A stretch of 58,031 nucleotides of DNA, the filler included, from Jimgerdemannia flammicorona (lineage: Eukaryota): the NCBI GenBank assembly GCA_003990765.1. It is 2 parts of 2 records of this genome, joined end to end, with 100 filler letters (N's around TTAATTAATTAA, not from the genome) between each part and the next. Parts side by side here need not be neighbours in the genome. Positions count along the whole stretch, not along the records: positions 1 to 28,974 come from RBNJ01000530.1; positions 29,075 to 58,031 come from RBNJ01000531.1. One strand, given 5' to 3'. Position 1 is the first letter of the stretch, and each line of letters begins with the position of its first letter. The notes below the pieces were generated by a model. It worked only from the letters and a program-made list of their open reading frames with translations, was not told where the DNA came from and searched no databases. Below, in pieces: positions 25,863 through 37,200 of the stretch. The translations under genes were made by a program, and so were the position numbers.

Positions 25863-27649
25863 TTTGTTTATAGTAAGTCTTTGAGCTATTTTGGGATTGA
25901 TGGGTCTTGTTGATTGCTGCTACTGTGGTTTCTTGATCTTTCTATTATATTTCTCAGGATGCTTATACTGTGGTCACAATAACTCACAGTTGGTCATCAT
26001 TACTCATCTTATATGCTATATAATCTTCTTGTGCTCTGATCTGATAGCTTGCAAGGAAAGACTGTCTTCTGTACTGATGTCATTATTCTGGAGTCACTAT
26101 TACACTATGTTTTGAGACTATTAATATCTTATTATTATACAAATCATATACTATTATACTCTTTGCATATATATATATCTCTTTATTACTATATAACATT
26201 ATCTTCTTTATTTAAAAGAGGTTTTTACTAATTTTTAAAGTATATAATATATCTAGGAAGATACTAGCAGATTCTATGATATTGCTTTAGAGATATATTC
26301 CAATATTTCTCTTTTCTAAAGCATAGATAATATTGTTATGTATCTCTTAGTTTGATAAGTATAGAGTACTTAAAAAACTCATATATAGATAACAATTCTC
26401 TATATAATATTATATATTATATAGCTCCTAAATCTATTAATCAGACATTACTATTATTAGCTATATTAATATATTTATTAGATATATAGTTAGGCATACT
26501 GATGTCATTGCTATTTTTATCAGATAAAAAGTATTTTAACTATAATTTATATATATTGTTTATGTGAAAAATATATTGTTTTTATCAGTTTTTATAGTAT
26601 TTATATTTCTTTGCTGACTTCTACTATTTCTATGATAGTTCTTTCCACTACTTCTATATTACTAATACTGGTTTCTATATTTACTTTTACTGCTCTTCTT
26701 ATTTATTTTCTCAGTAATAATAATAGTACTTTCTATATCTATACTTGCTATAGTATTTATAGTAATTATTATACTTGATTGATTAGAAGAACTGATTGTT
26801 ATGATATTAATTTTGGGTTTAGGTTCATTAGCCTTATTATTATCTATACTTTTGACCTTATTTGATACTATATCTGTAAGAACTATAGAAGACATTTTTA
26901 TTATCATTAGTGGTACTGTTTTCTTGATATATTTTCTCATTCATGAGACTCATTATTATATGGGTATACATAATTCATAAGCTTACTACTTTCTATATAG
27001 CTACTATTATGATATCATATACTTTAGAAAGATTTCTTATAAGAGCTAGAACTTTGTCTTCATTACTTATATACTATACTAACATACTTAAAAAATTCAT
27101 CTGATTTATCAGATCATCAATATTACTAACATATTTATGGATAGTTTCCTTGGACTTCATTTATAGATTAAATAGCTGAGATTTTAGTAAAATTGATTCA
27201 ATATAGATATTTGTATATAATGATTATATAGAGTCTCCTATATCTTATAAGCAGTCATTATATGTATTATGAGCTTTATTTGGGAATTTGACAATATAAA
27301 TACAATCTTATATAATACTTGGTAATTATTTATAGTATCATAATCTTGAATTTATCCTTATAGCTTTATACTCTACTAAGTCACATTTATAGTATATTTC
27401 AAAACTGAATCAATGTTTTATTAAATTTTATATTTTAATTATTTAAATAAAAATACTCAAAATAAATATATTTTATATTATAATACATTATTTATATTAC
27501 AGATATTTAAAAATATTAAATTTATTGTTTTTAAATTTTTATTTTATTTTTAAAAAAAAATCTAAAAAAAAAAATTTATTGGTTTAGTTTTGGAACCAAA
27601 TTATTTATAAATATTCTTTATTTAATAGATAGACAATAAATTGAGATAT

Positions 27650-28650
27650 TGTAATATAGTGGATGCAGAATTTAGTAAGTTGGATGAATTTTGGAATTGG
27701 ACTGGTTTGATCTGACTCGTTCTGACTGAGGTTTATTCGCTCTAAAATACTGAGTTATTTATACAGATTTGTGCGCTAATTCTGCTACTAAATATGTGGC
27801 TAAGTATTAAGTCTTTTCATGTGAAATTCTCAGGTAGAATCTCATGTGAAATCCTATCTGAAATTTGTGAAAGTAACAAGAGTTTCACTGATAATGTTTT
27901 AGATGCAGTGTCCGCAGTAAAAGACTATACTAAATCGGAAATTGGATTCAGGTACTATGATCAAATGTCTATTTCCTGTTTCTATTTCATACCATACGTC
28001 ACATCTTCCCCCTGAATAGATTATTTTTGACACAAAAATACCTATTCAAATTCTTACATTGCAATGTTTATATATTTGTTCCCCCTACATGGACATATTT
28101 ATAATATATCCAGGCAATTGTTAAAATGTTATTTGAGGTTCCAAAAGTCTTCAAATAATTAATTCGGGCAGTGGTTTCAGGTGACGGTTCGGGTGACGGG
28201 GTCTTCAAAAATCGGGTGGTGGCTCATCTTCAAATTCTCCAGGATGTCATAGGTGTTCGTATGTTGGGCAGCATTCTTCAAATAATTAACTCGAATGGTT
28301 CGTATATGACGTCTTCAGCTCTCCGTGGTGGTCCATTCGTATGTCGGGTGGTATTCTTCACTCGGGCGGTTTGTATACGATGTCTTCAATTCTGCGGTCA
28401 AAAGTAGGGCGGCATTCTTCAAATAATTAACTTGGGCAGCGGTGGCATTTGGCATGGTGGTTCGTTCAGCGTTTTTTGGCGATTAATTCTTGTAACATTG
28501 TCCCTTAAACTAAGGAGCGACCTGGCTATTAACTCAATGATGTGGTCCTTTGCAGAGCGTCTATTGTTCAATACCGATGACAGTTCACAGAAACGAGGCT
28601 GACAACCAGAACAACCAATTAACAGCAGATAGCGCAGACAAACAATGTCT
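27650..28650 (-). mobile_element. 3' end of a B-related Gypsy element (F): 354-bp LTR 27650-28003, PPT and 3' internal region; CpG-intact
   Basis: TGTAATATAG...CGTCACA followed by the rc of PPT TTCAGGGGGAAGA; LTR blocks match rc of B's LTR (gacatttgatcatagtacctgaat; gcatc...ctatattaca). Assigning 28020-28650 to F is inferred from position. Confidence 0.75.
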
Positions 28651-28654
28651 TCAA

Positions 28655-28974
28655 CGCGCTCTCTCCACTACAATTCACGTTACACACACTTTTCAACACA
28701 CTTTTGAAGCTTTTATTGGAGAAAGATACTAAGGCAATGTCAACCAGCAAGCAAGCCGACACGCGTACTAGGTCGGGTGGACCTGGGGCCTTCGACTGGC
28801 AGACTGTCGGGAGAGGGTATGGATTGGGGATGGGGTCCTTCGGTGGTTCGAGTGGACAGGGTGGCTCCGGCAGTGGAAGTGGCACTGGAGGGGGGGCTGG
28901 GGAGAAGCAGGGGAGGAGCTTTGCGGACACGCTGAGGGGTGGGGGCTGGCCGTTGGGCACTCGTGGTGGACCGG
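28655..28974 (+). mobile_element. 5' end of a young, unmutated copy of the LINE family, cut by the gap
   Basis: Aligns to rc of ~5470-5783 but retains its CpGs. Confidence 0.88.
28737..28974 (+). CDS. LINE ORF1 N-terminus (open until the gap)
   Basis: MSTSKQADTRTRSGGPGAFDWQTVGRGYGLGMGSFGGSSGQ...RSFADTLRGGGWP vs decayed MSISKQANMYTRLGGPGAFD*...RSFADMLRTGGWP. Confidence 0.8.
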
Positions 28975-29074
28975 NNNNNNNNNNNNNNNNNNNNNNNNNN
29001 NNNNNNNNNNNNNNNNNNTTAATTAATTAANNNNNNNNNNNNNNNNNNNNNNNNNNNNNNNNNNNNNNNNNNNN
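28975..29074. other. Artificial contig linker: 44 N + TTAATTAATTAA + 44 N
   Basis: Exactly 100 nt and symmetric; the central 12-mer gives stop codons in all six frames. Confidence 0.97.
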
Positions 29075-30749
29075 AAAAAAAAAAAAAAAAGATATATCTA
29101 TATATATTTATACTATTTTGAGTAACTATAACTGCTATATAGGAATTTTCATAGAAATTTCTAATAGAATTTCTATCAGAATTTTCAGTAGCTTAGAGAT
29201 ATATAATAATTCATTATAGTAACAAGCAAATAATATAGTTTAGCCAGATAATATAAATACTCAGTATAGTATAGTTATCTATATCTATTTACTCATATAT
29301 ACTACTACTTATAATTAGTCAAAGATATAAATCAGATTTGTTAATCTATATCCTAAGGATATATCTATACTTACTAGATACATATATCTATTGTAATATG
29401 CTGGCTCAATGGAGGCAAATTACAAGGTTGGGGATTGATATAGTTTGGCTTGAGCCCCCAGTTACTTTGTCAAAAAGCAACAAAATGTTCTAAGATTCCT
29501 GAGGTCCTTGGTGTTTAGTGGTATAATAGTTAAAGCTGGATATCTGCGAGTGATTTGTGTATTGATTTCCTAATTGGGATGATTCTTCTGGGTATAGTGG
29601 CGATTTGAGAATGGGTTTCCTTCTTGAGTAGCAGTTGATTTCTTTGTATAGCATAATGATCTCCTTGTGTATAACAGTCTGGTAATTTAGTAGTTCTCCT
29701 TATGCAATTTCTGCATGATGATCTTGTATAGCATGAGTGGTTTCCTTATTTGAGTCAACTGGGAATGGTAGGATTTGTGTATAGCATGAGCAGTTTCCTT
29801 CTTGGATGGCAGGTGATCTTGGAAATAATACTGGCAGCAGATAACTTAACAACTCGGGCTCACTGGAAACAATGAAGAACTCAGATGTCACAGATTTGGC
29901 TTCAACTGGGAATACCACTTGGATGGTCTGGGTCTTCTGGGAATGTGAATAACTTGAAAATGGCAGATAACACAGATTCTCCTGAATTGGCAGACTTCTG
30001 GGAAATAACTTGGATGGTGCGGATTCTTTGGAATCAGCGGCTTCAACTGGAAAGGGTCTCTTGGCAAAGTTGCATCAAAGACTGGCTTTGTTTGCATGAA
30101 TGGGTCACTGCGAAGTTGTGTCAGAAACTGGCTCATGGCAAGAAAGGCAGGCTCTCTGGGAATGGAGCAAAGTTCTTCCTTGAACTTGGCAGAAAACTGG
30201 GATTCTTCAGACTTATCTGGCAAGCATACCAAAAACATAACAAACTCTTCTTTGTATCGGAAAGTGGACTGGAGTGGAAAAAAGGGGAACCAATGCTCAC
30301 AATCTCCTAGTAGTGACTTTAGAGCAGGCATTTCTTCTAAGTATTACAATCCTTCCTGGATCAAGTGGCTTTTGGCAGGTATATCCCTCAAAGTGTAATA
30401 GGCAGACTTGTATTTTGCTTTGAATTTGGACTTTTTGGACTGAGGTTTATTCACTCTTGTCTCTGGGGTAATTTATACAAGTTGGTTGCTATCTGGTTAC
30501 TATGTGGCTAACTATAGATCTGCTACTTATAGCAGGTGTACAGAGTCTGTACAGGTAAACAGACCCTTTCTGGTATATCTGGCTATTTATACAGTTTCAA
30601 CAGCAATAGTTGCTGATTACTATGCTGTGTGTTCATGTCATCTGGCTAATTGTTTATGTCATCTAGCTAAGGTATAATTTGGGTGATATGTCCTGGTTTG
30701 TCACATCAGCTCCCACTGAAGGATAGTCTGTCCCAGACTGTTCTTCAGT

Positions 30750-31255
30750 TATCATCTCAATAAGCATAGGCTACTTCTGCATCTATACCTGTTCTATCAT
30801 CTTTATTATCTGTACTAGGGTCACTCCATTCTATGGGCTCTTCTTCTTCTTCGGAGAATAGGATTTTGACAGAGTCGATGATGCTCAAATAGCTAATAGG
30901 GTTCATTTCTTGAATGTCATTCAGGGAGAATTGTGCCTATGTCAGGGCTGTGACATTTTGTTTATAAATGGTGTATAGTCTGTCTGTAGCAATAGTGTCT
31001 CTTCTGGTCAGACCTGTGGTATTCCTGATATAGGTCTGCTCTGGGGCTAGGAGGTTCTGCAATTGTTCACTGATTGCATAATAGGCCTGCAGTTGGTGGA
31101 CTTGTAGTAGGCATCTGGCCAGAGTGAGATTTTCTTGATGAGCTTGGATCCTCTAAAGGGGGCTTCCATTAGCTTGGCCAAATTGGGGTAGAGGGACTGG
31201 TATAGAAGGAGCTGAGGACCAATGTCTAGAGGTGCTGATCAATCCTTTGGCTCAT
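30750..31255 (-). pseudogene. Accessory ORF downstream of integrase in D (homologous remnant in E at ~53370-53900)
   Basis: MSQRIDQHL...HQENLTLARCLLQVHQLQAYYAISEQL...IATDRLYTIYKQN...SLNDIQEM in one frame, with transition-type stops. Confidence 0.7.
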
Positions 31256-31259
31256 GGTA

Positions 31260-34200
31260 TAGAGGAGAGATATAGTTTGAGGTAATTGATGTGTACTGGT
31301 GTTCTCAGGGTGCATCCATCCATACTTCTTAAATAGATGCTAGTTCCTCTGATATTGTGTACAAGATAAGGTCCTTTCCATTTGGGTTCCAGTTTGGTGG
31401 CAAAATTCATTTCAATCATGCTTCTCTAAACTAGTACTTGATCTCCAATCTTGATCTCCTGATCCTTTTGTTTTTGGTTATAGTACTTCTTTTGTCTTTC
31501 TTGGACTTTGATAATCTGTCCTCAGGCTTGATTACATAATTGTTCTACCTTCTTGAGGAGGTCTCCAAGATTCTCATGGTCAGCAGTTCTGGTTCTCTTG
31601 GCAAACATCATTTCGAATGGCTTTTGTTTGGTGGAGGTGGCAGAGGTATTCCGAATTTCCCATAGGATCTCAGGCAAGCAGAGGTCCCAATTAGTAGGAT
31701 TGACTTGAGCAAGTCCTTTCTTGATGGTCTGGTTCATTCTCTCTGTCATGCCATTGGTCTGAGGGTGGTATTATGTGGTCCTTTTGAGGTGGATCTTGTG
31801 AATTCAGACATAACTTGTGATTATGTTGTTGATGTATTCCATGCCTCAGTCAGAAATAAGTTCTTCTGGAGGTCCATATCTGAGTGTGAGTCCATGGAGG
31901 AGGCCTACAATGGTTAAGACATCTGTGATTTCCATTGGGAAAGCCTCGGGCCACTTGGTCAGATGTTCTATAAATACAAGGATATACTTATTTCTTCTTG
32001 GTATAACTGGTAGAGGTCCAATTACATCTACTCTCTATCTCTGAAAGATATGAGTGGGTGGGGGAAACGGTTGCAAAGGGGCTTGATAGTTCTTCTTTCC
32101 TTGGTACTTCTGGCAAGTGTCATATTTCTGGATGATGTCTTGGACTTGAGTTCTGAGATGAGGCCAGTGTTGATACAGTTTTCGAATCTTGTCTTCTGTA
32201 CTTGTCTGTCCTTGATGGGCTTTCTGATGTTCTTTATGGATGAGATCTTCTTGTGCCTCAATGGTCTGAGGAGCTTCCTTTAGAGTGTAGTTCCTCAGGA
32301 CACCCTTCTTCTAATTCATTAGGGCTGGTGGGAAAGTACATCAACATTGTTGTGAGCTTTCCCTGCTTTGTGGATGATGGTGATTTTGTAATCCTGAAGG
32401 ATAAGGATCCAGCGGGCTAGAATTCTGGTGGGTTCCTTGCAGTTGAATAACCATTTGAGGGCTGCATGGTCTGTGATCAGGGTGAACCTTTTTTCAATGA
32501 GATAATGCTTGAACAGGGTGACCACCCATATGACTGCAAGGCATTCCAGTTTGGTGCTACTATAGTTCATCTGCTGCTGATTGATAGCTCTGCTTGTATA
32601 AGCTATCATATAGTGCTATTGATCAGGTCCTTCTTGGACTAGAACTGCTCTGAGGCCATCTTTAGAGGTATCTGTATACAAGATGAATGGCTTCTGTAGA
32701 TTGGGGCACACAAGGATTAGTGGTATAGTCATGCAGTTTTTGAGTTCTTTGAAGGCTTTTCCTTGTGATTCTGTCCATTTGAATGGCACTCCTTTCTTGA
32801 GAAGGATCCGGATTGGGGCAGCAATTTGAGCAAAGTTCTTGATAAACCTTCTGTAGTAGGATACTAGCATCAGAAATGATAGTGTCTCCTTTGGGGTTTT
32901 GGGTACTGGCCAATTGTTGATTTTCTTGGTTTTCTTTAGATCTGCATGGGTTCCTTCTTTCAAAACTATGAATCTAAGGAATTCAAGTTTCTGTTTTCCA
33001 AAGTAGCATTTCTTTGTATTCAGTCTCAAGTGGTTCTTGCAGGTGAGTTTGAAGAATTCCTCTAGGTGGTACAGGTGTTCTTCGAAATTTGCTGAGTAGA
33101 TATTGGAATCATCCATGTATACAATCAGGCAGTGGTGGATCAAGGGGGTATAGACTGAATTCATCATCCTCTGGAAGGTGGGGGGTACATTGCAAAGTCC
33201 AAAGGGCATTTGGAGGTACTCAAACAGTTTTCCTAGAGCAAGGAAGGCTGTCTTTTGAATGTCCTTGGGGTTCATGGGGATCTCATGGAATCCTGTGAAG
33301 AGGTCCATACTGCTGAAGTATCTGGCATCTTATAACTGATCCAAGAGGTCATCGATTCTGGGCAAAGGATAGGCATCCTTTTTGGAGACTGAATTGAGTT
33401 TTCTGTAATCCACGCAGAGTCTCCATCCTCCTTTCTTTGGTACAATAAGTATAGGGCTAGCCCAGGGGCTGGTAGAGGGTCGGATGACTCTATTGTCTAA
33501 GAGTTCTTGGATGTGCTCTTTTTCAAATGTTTTTAGATGATGAGGTATTCTATAGGGTTTCTGCCAGATGGGTGTTGCATTTCCTGTATTTATGCTATGG
33601 TGGTATGATGGATTGTATGGCAGGTTGCCATAATCAGTAGTGAAGATATCTTGATATTTGCTGAGAAGTTCTACTAGTTGTTGCTGTTGTTGGGGTATCA
33701 ATTCTCCTCCAATATTGGTGGAAGGCTTCACTGTCTTTTGGGTCACAGAGGGGCCTTTCCTTTCTTCTGAGACCTTTTGCCATTTCCCAATAGGTTTAGT
33801 TCATAAACTTCCCTATGAGTTTGGTTGAGAAAAGGTACCAGATATCCTATGATGGTTCCTTTTGGCAAGATGATGGTCTCCCAACTTTGGTTGGTTGCTC
33901 AGGAGTGTACTGGGTTCATCTTATCAGGGAATGTGTATCCCTCTATGTCCAGGTGTGGGATATCTTCCTTGGGTTCAAAGAAAAGATTTCTGGGGTTGGG
34001 TGGTACAGAGAATTTGAAGATAGTTTGTTCTCCGGGCTCCAGGATGAGATTCTTGTGCAGTCTAACTGGTTGCCAGTATACTTGCTGGGGAATATTCCTC
34101 TTGAGGTGGTTGACTTGAAGGAGATATACCTCCTTCCTGTCTGAACTTCCAAATCTCTTGACTTGTCTTATTCCTTCAGTTAGTTCAGAGACTTCCTGTA

Positions 34201-37200
34201 ACTGTGGGGTCTTGACCTTTATGAAGACTGCTTGGGTGATCTTCTGTCCTCTAATAATTCGGTACCATTCTGCACTGCTATTGTATAGGATAACCTTGAT
34301 TTTGTCTATATATCCAGGGTCAATGGTTCCTCCTTCTACAGTTATCCCTTGTCTGGTAAGTCCAGACCTTGAGGTTAGTTGAATATAAGCTCCTTGGGGT
34401 GGCTGCATGGCTAATCCAGTTCTGACCATGAAGGTTTTTCCAGGCTTGATAGATTCATCCTCCAGGCTGTGAAGATCATATCCTATATCCTCTGAGTGGG
34501 CTTTGGTTGGGGGTTTGGCCTTGGAGTGCAGCAGGGTATACTGGGCAATATCCTTGCTGAGTTCAGGCTTTCCTAAGGCTGAAGCTCCACTAGTGGAAAG
34601 CCTCCAAGCTCTAAGGTTGAGGTGTGGCCATCTGGCTCCAGTAGAGGGGTCTCAGAGATAGTTGATTCCCCTCCTTTCTGTAGGGTCAAGGGCTTCCATG
34701 AAGTTGGTGACATCTTCTGCCCATCCTTGGCAGGTTGCATGTCTGATGAGAGCTAGGATGTCTTCTCCCAAATCATAGATCTTGAGGATTCTTTTTCTGG
34801 GTTTCTTGGTCTGACTTTTTCGAATCTGGCTTTTTTGAATCTGGCTTTGGTTATCTCCTTTCTTCAAAGTATGCACTGCAACATCATGACTGAGGTGAAT
34901 CTTCTGATGTCTGCAGTCTCGGCAGTCAGGGTGTCTCCCATGGTTACAATATCCCATTGCCTGAAAATGATGTTCCTGGCTATTTATCTTTTGTTGTCTT
35001 GGGAATTGGTATCCATCTTAATCATAGGTTGGGGGAAGGGTAGACAAGGGGTATATTTCTGTTCAGGTGAAGAAGCCTTGTCCCCTAAATTGACTTTGTA
35101 ACCTTGTGGTGACTTCTTGAAAGGTGGTGGACTGTGCAAGAGTAGTTGCAGGTTCTGGTCTCTGGGGTCTCTGTCTTTCTTATTGGTCCAACAGATGACA
35201 CTGATAGTAGTAGTTTCAGGCAGAGTGGAAGACCATTTGGTAAGCACTCCTCCAAGATCATGAGAACAAGGAAATTGCCTGGCACAGCCTTCCCACAGTG
35301 CAGAAGGAAGAAGAAGAAATGCAGACATGTTCCAGAAACACCTGCAACCAAAGCTGCAGAAGTACAAGCAATTTGGGGTCAAGAATCATCCGAGGAAGAA
35401 GAAACTTCCGATGAAGAAGTTCCTGAACAAGAAGCACCTGATGAAGAAGAGATCTCTGAATTCATTCCCTGGGATGACCCTCGCTGGACACTACCTGAAG
35501 ACAATGACTCTTGGAATACAGAAGAAGGACCCAGTACAATCACCATTATCCCCAAGAAAGAAACCCACCAAGAGAAAGCTTTTTAGCTAGGAAGATGTCC
35601 ATGGGATACTTGTGTCTCTTGAGGCATATAGGGTATTCTTTGGCTTCTTCTACAATAGCTCCAATGGTAATAGGGATAGTGTTCTTGGCCCACACATTAT
35701 CTTCTAGTTGGTCAACCACCAGATTGATTCAGGGATTGTTTCTGGGATCATTTCCATCTTCAGATTCTTCCTCTTCTTCTGTAGTGGATTCTTCACTGCT
35801 GGCATACTCTTCCTGAATAGTGACCTTCTTCTTCTTCTTTGATTGCTCATAGCTGGTCACCTTAACCCTATACTTCTTGCCTCAGTAATCAAACTTGAGT
35901 ACTTGCTGGCCAATATCAACAACTGCATTCATTTCCTTCATCCAGTTGGTGCCAAGAATCATGTAATAGGTGATAGCTTCAGTAACAACAGCTTTGGGAA
36001 TAGAGAACTGAATGTGTCCAAGAGAGATAGTGATATTTCATACTTCTCCAAGAGGTTGAGTTCAGGCTCCATCAGCTACTATGATGCTGAGGTTGGATGG
36101 TCCATCAATGGGCCATTGGAGGGTGTCCAAGAATCATTTGGCAATGACATAGACAGCTGCTCCTGTGTCTATGAGGATTTTCACTTTTTGTCTTCCAATA
36201 TCTCCATGTAAGTAGGTGCTGACATGTCTTTCAGCTGCTTGGACAGGGATGGGAGCTGGTTCTTGCTGTGGGATTGGAACTCAGCCAGTGCTAGACCTGG
36301 TGGTTCTCAGCAATTTGTTTCAGACTCCAGCTGGTGTTAGTTGCAAGAACTGCAGAAGAGGGACTTCTATCTTAGCTTCTTGAATCTTCTGCCAGGCTTC
36401 ATTTTAAATGTCTCTAGGCATGGTCTTTGGAGTGTACTTCTTCTTAGGCTTTGGAGCAGCAGGTTCCCATTCTTCTTGTTCCATTTCTTCATCTTCTGGT
36501 GGCAACTCATTTGTCTTGGGGACAAAAGGTGAGGGGGTTCAGAAAGGTGTTTCTACTTGTTCCTCCTTATGTTCTTCATCCTCTTCTTGGATAATTCTTC
36601 TGCTGATGATCCTGGATGGTCTTCCTACAGGTCTCTTTCTTTTTTCTGCTGGATAGACTGTTTTCCGGGTTATAACCTTAGTGGGGTATAAGTCTAGATC
36701 ACTGTAGTCTTCACTATTGCTTGCTTCTTCGAAATCTTCAACAGGATGGGCTTCAGTCTTCTTGTAATGAGTGTCATTCCTTCAGTTTGGTGGTTCTGAG
36801 TCTCTTCAGTCACTTCTTTTGTTGTCATATTCAGTGGCATATTGTCCGAATTGTCCACAGTAGAAGCATTGAACTTGGGCTCTGTCTCAGACAGAGTACC
36901 TTCTTTCTTCTTACTGGTAATTCCTGTTATCTCTTGGTGGATAACCTTGGCTCCTCTGTGGTGGATATCCCCTATTGTCTTGATAGCTCCAATTTTCACA
37001 TGTAGTGAGTTTTTCCATCTGTCCAACCAATCAGTCCAACTTGGAGCTAAGGTCTTGGATTTTACTTCTATCCTTCTTTTCTTCCTTGGATGGCCTTCTT
37101 TCTTCAGATCTTTCTTGTCCTTGAAGGAGTCCTTATAGGGCTTTGACCAGAATATCTTCTTTATCTTCTTTCCTATCATGATCACTCTAAGTAGTTCTTT

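Larger units (their letters stand above)
17324..26104 (-). mobile_element. Full-length Ty3/Gypsy element C (relative of B) with ~1.5-kb LTRs
   Basis: Direct repeats 17324-18844 and 24541-26104; PBS-like TGGTGCCCATTGG at 24525-24537 (minus); PPT TTCAGGAGGAAGA at 18845-18857 (minus); pol similar to B (KKGSKPEEFA vs KKESKPGEFA). Confidence 0.95.
24541..26104 (-). repeat. 5' LTR of element C (~1560 bp)
   Basis: Colinear with 17324-18844, followed on the minus strand by the PBS; has one extra 35-bp repeat unit. Confidence 0.93.

Noticed and set aside
26105..27649. AT-rich backbone with ORF 26662-26940 (similar DNA at 9340-9810 and 16699-17323)
   Set aside because: Ile/Asn/Lys-rich translation is what terminal C>T/G>A decay produces. 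It may be an ancient element, but no domain could be identified.
28148..28440. CRISPR-like repeat-spacer array
   Set aside because: Only three ~20-bp repeats, with >100-bp intervals that are themselves repetitive; eukaryotic TE context and no cas genes.
29019..29030. TTAATTAATTAA palindrome inside the N run
   Set aside because: Artificial six-frame-stop linker. Adjacency of the sequences on either side is not reliable.
29075..29090. A16 tract as the poly(A) tail of the young LINE left of the gap
   Set aside because: Orientation fits, but the following sequence is AT-rich and decayed, does not continue element F and shows no TSD. It cannot be linked across an artificial join.
29888..30398. 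100-147 aa ORFs in the D 3' LTR
   Set aside because: They overlap on both strands, have no recognisable motif, and the partner LTR covers only part of the region. I could not support them the way I could the C LTR ORF.
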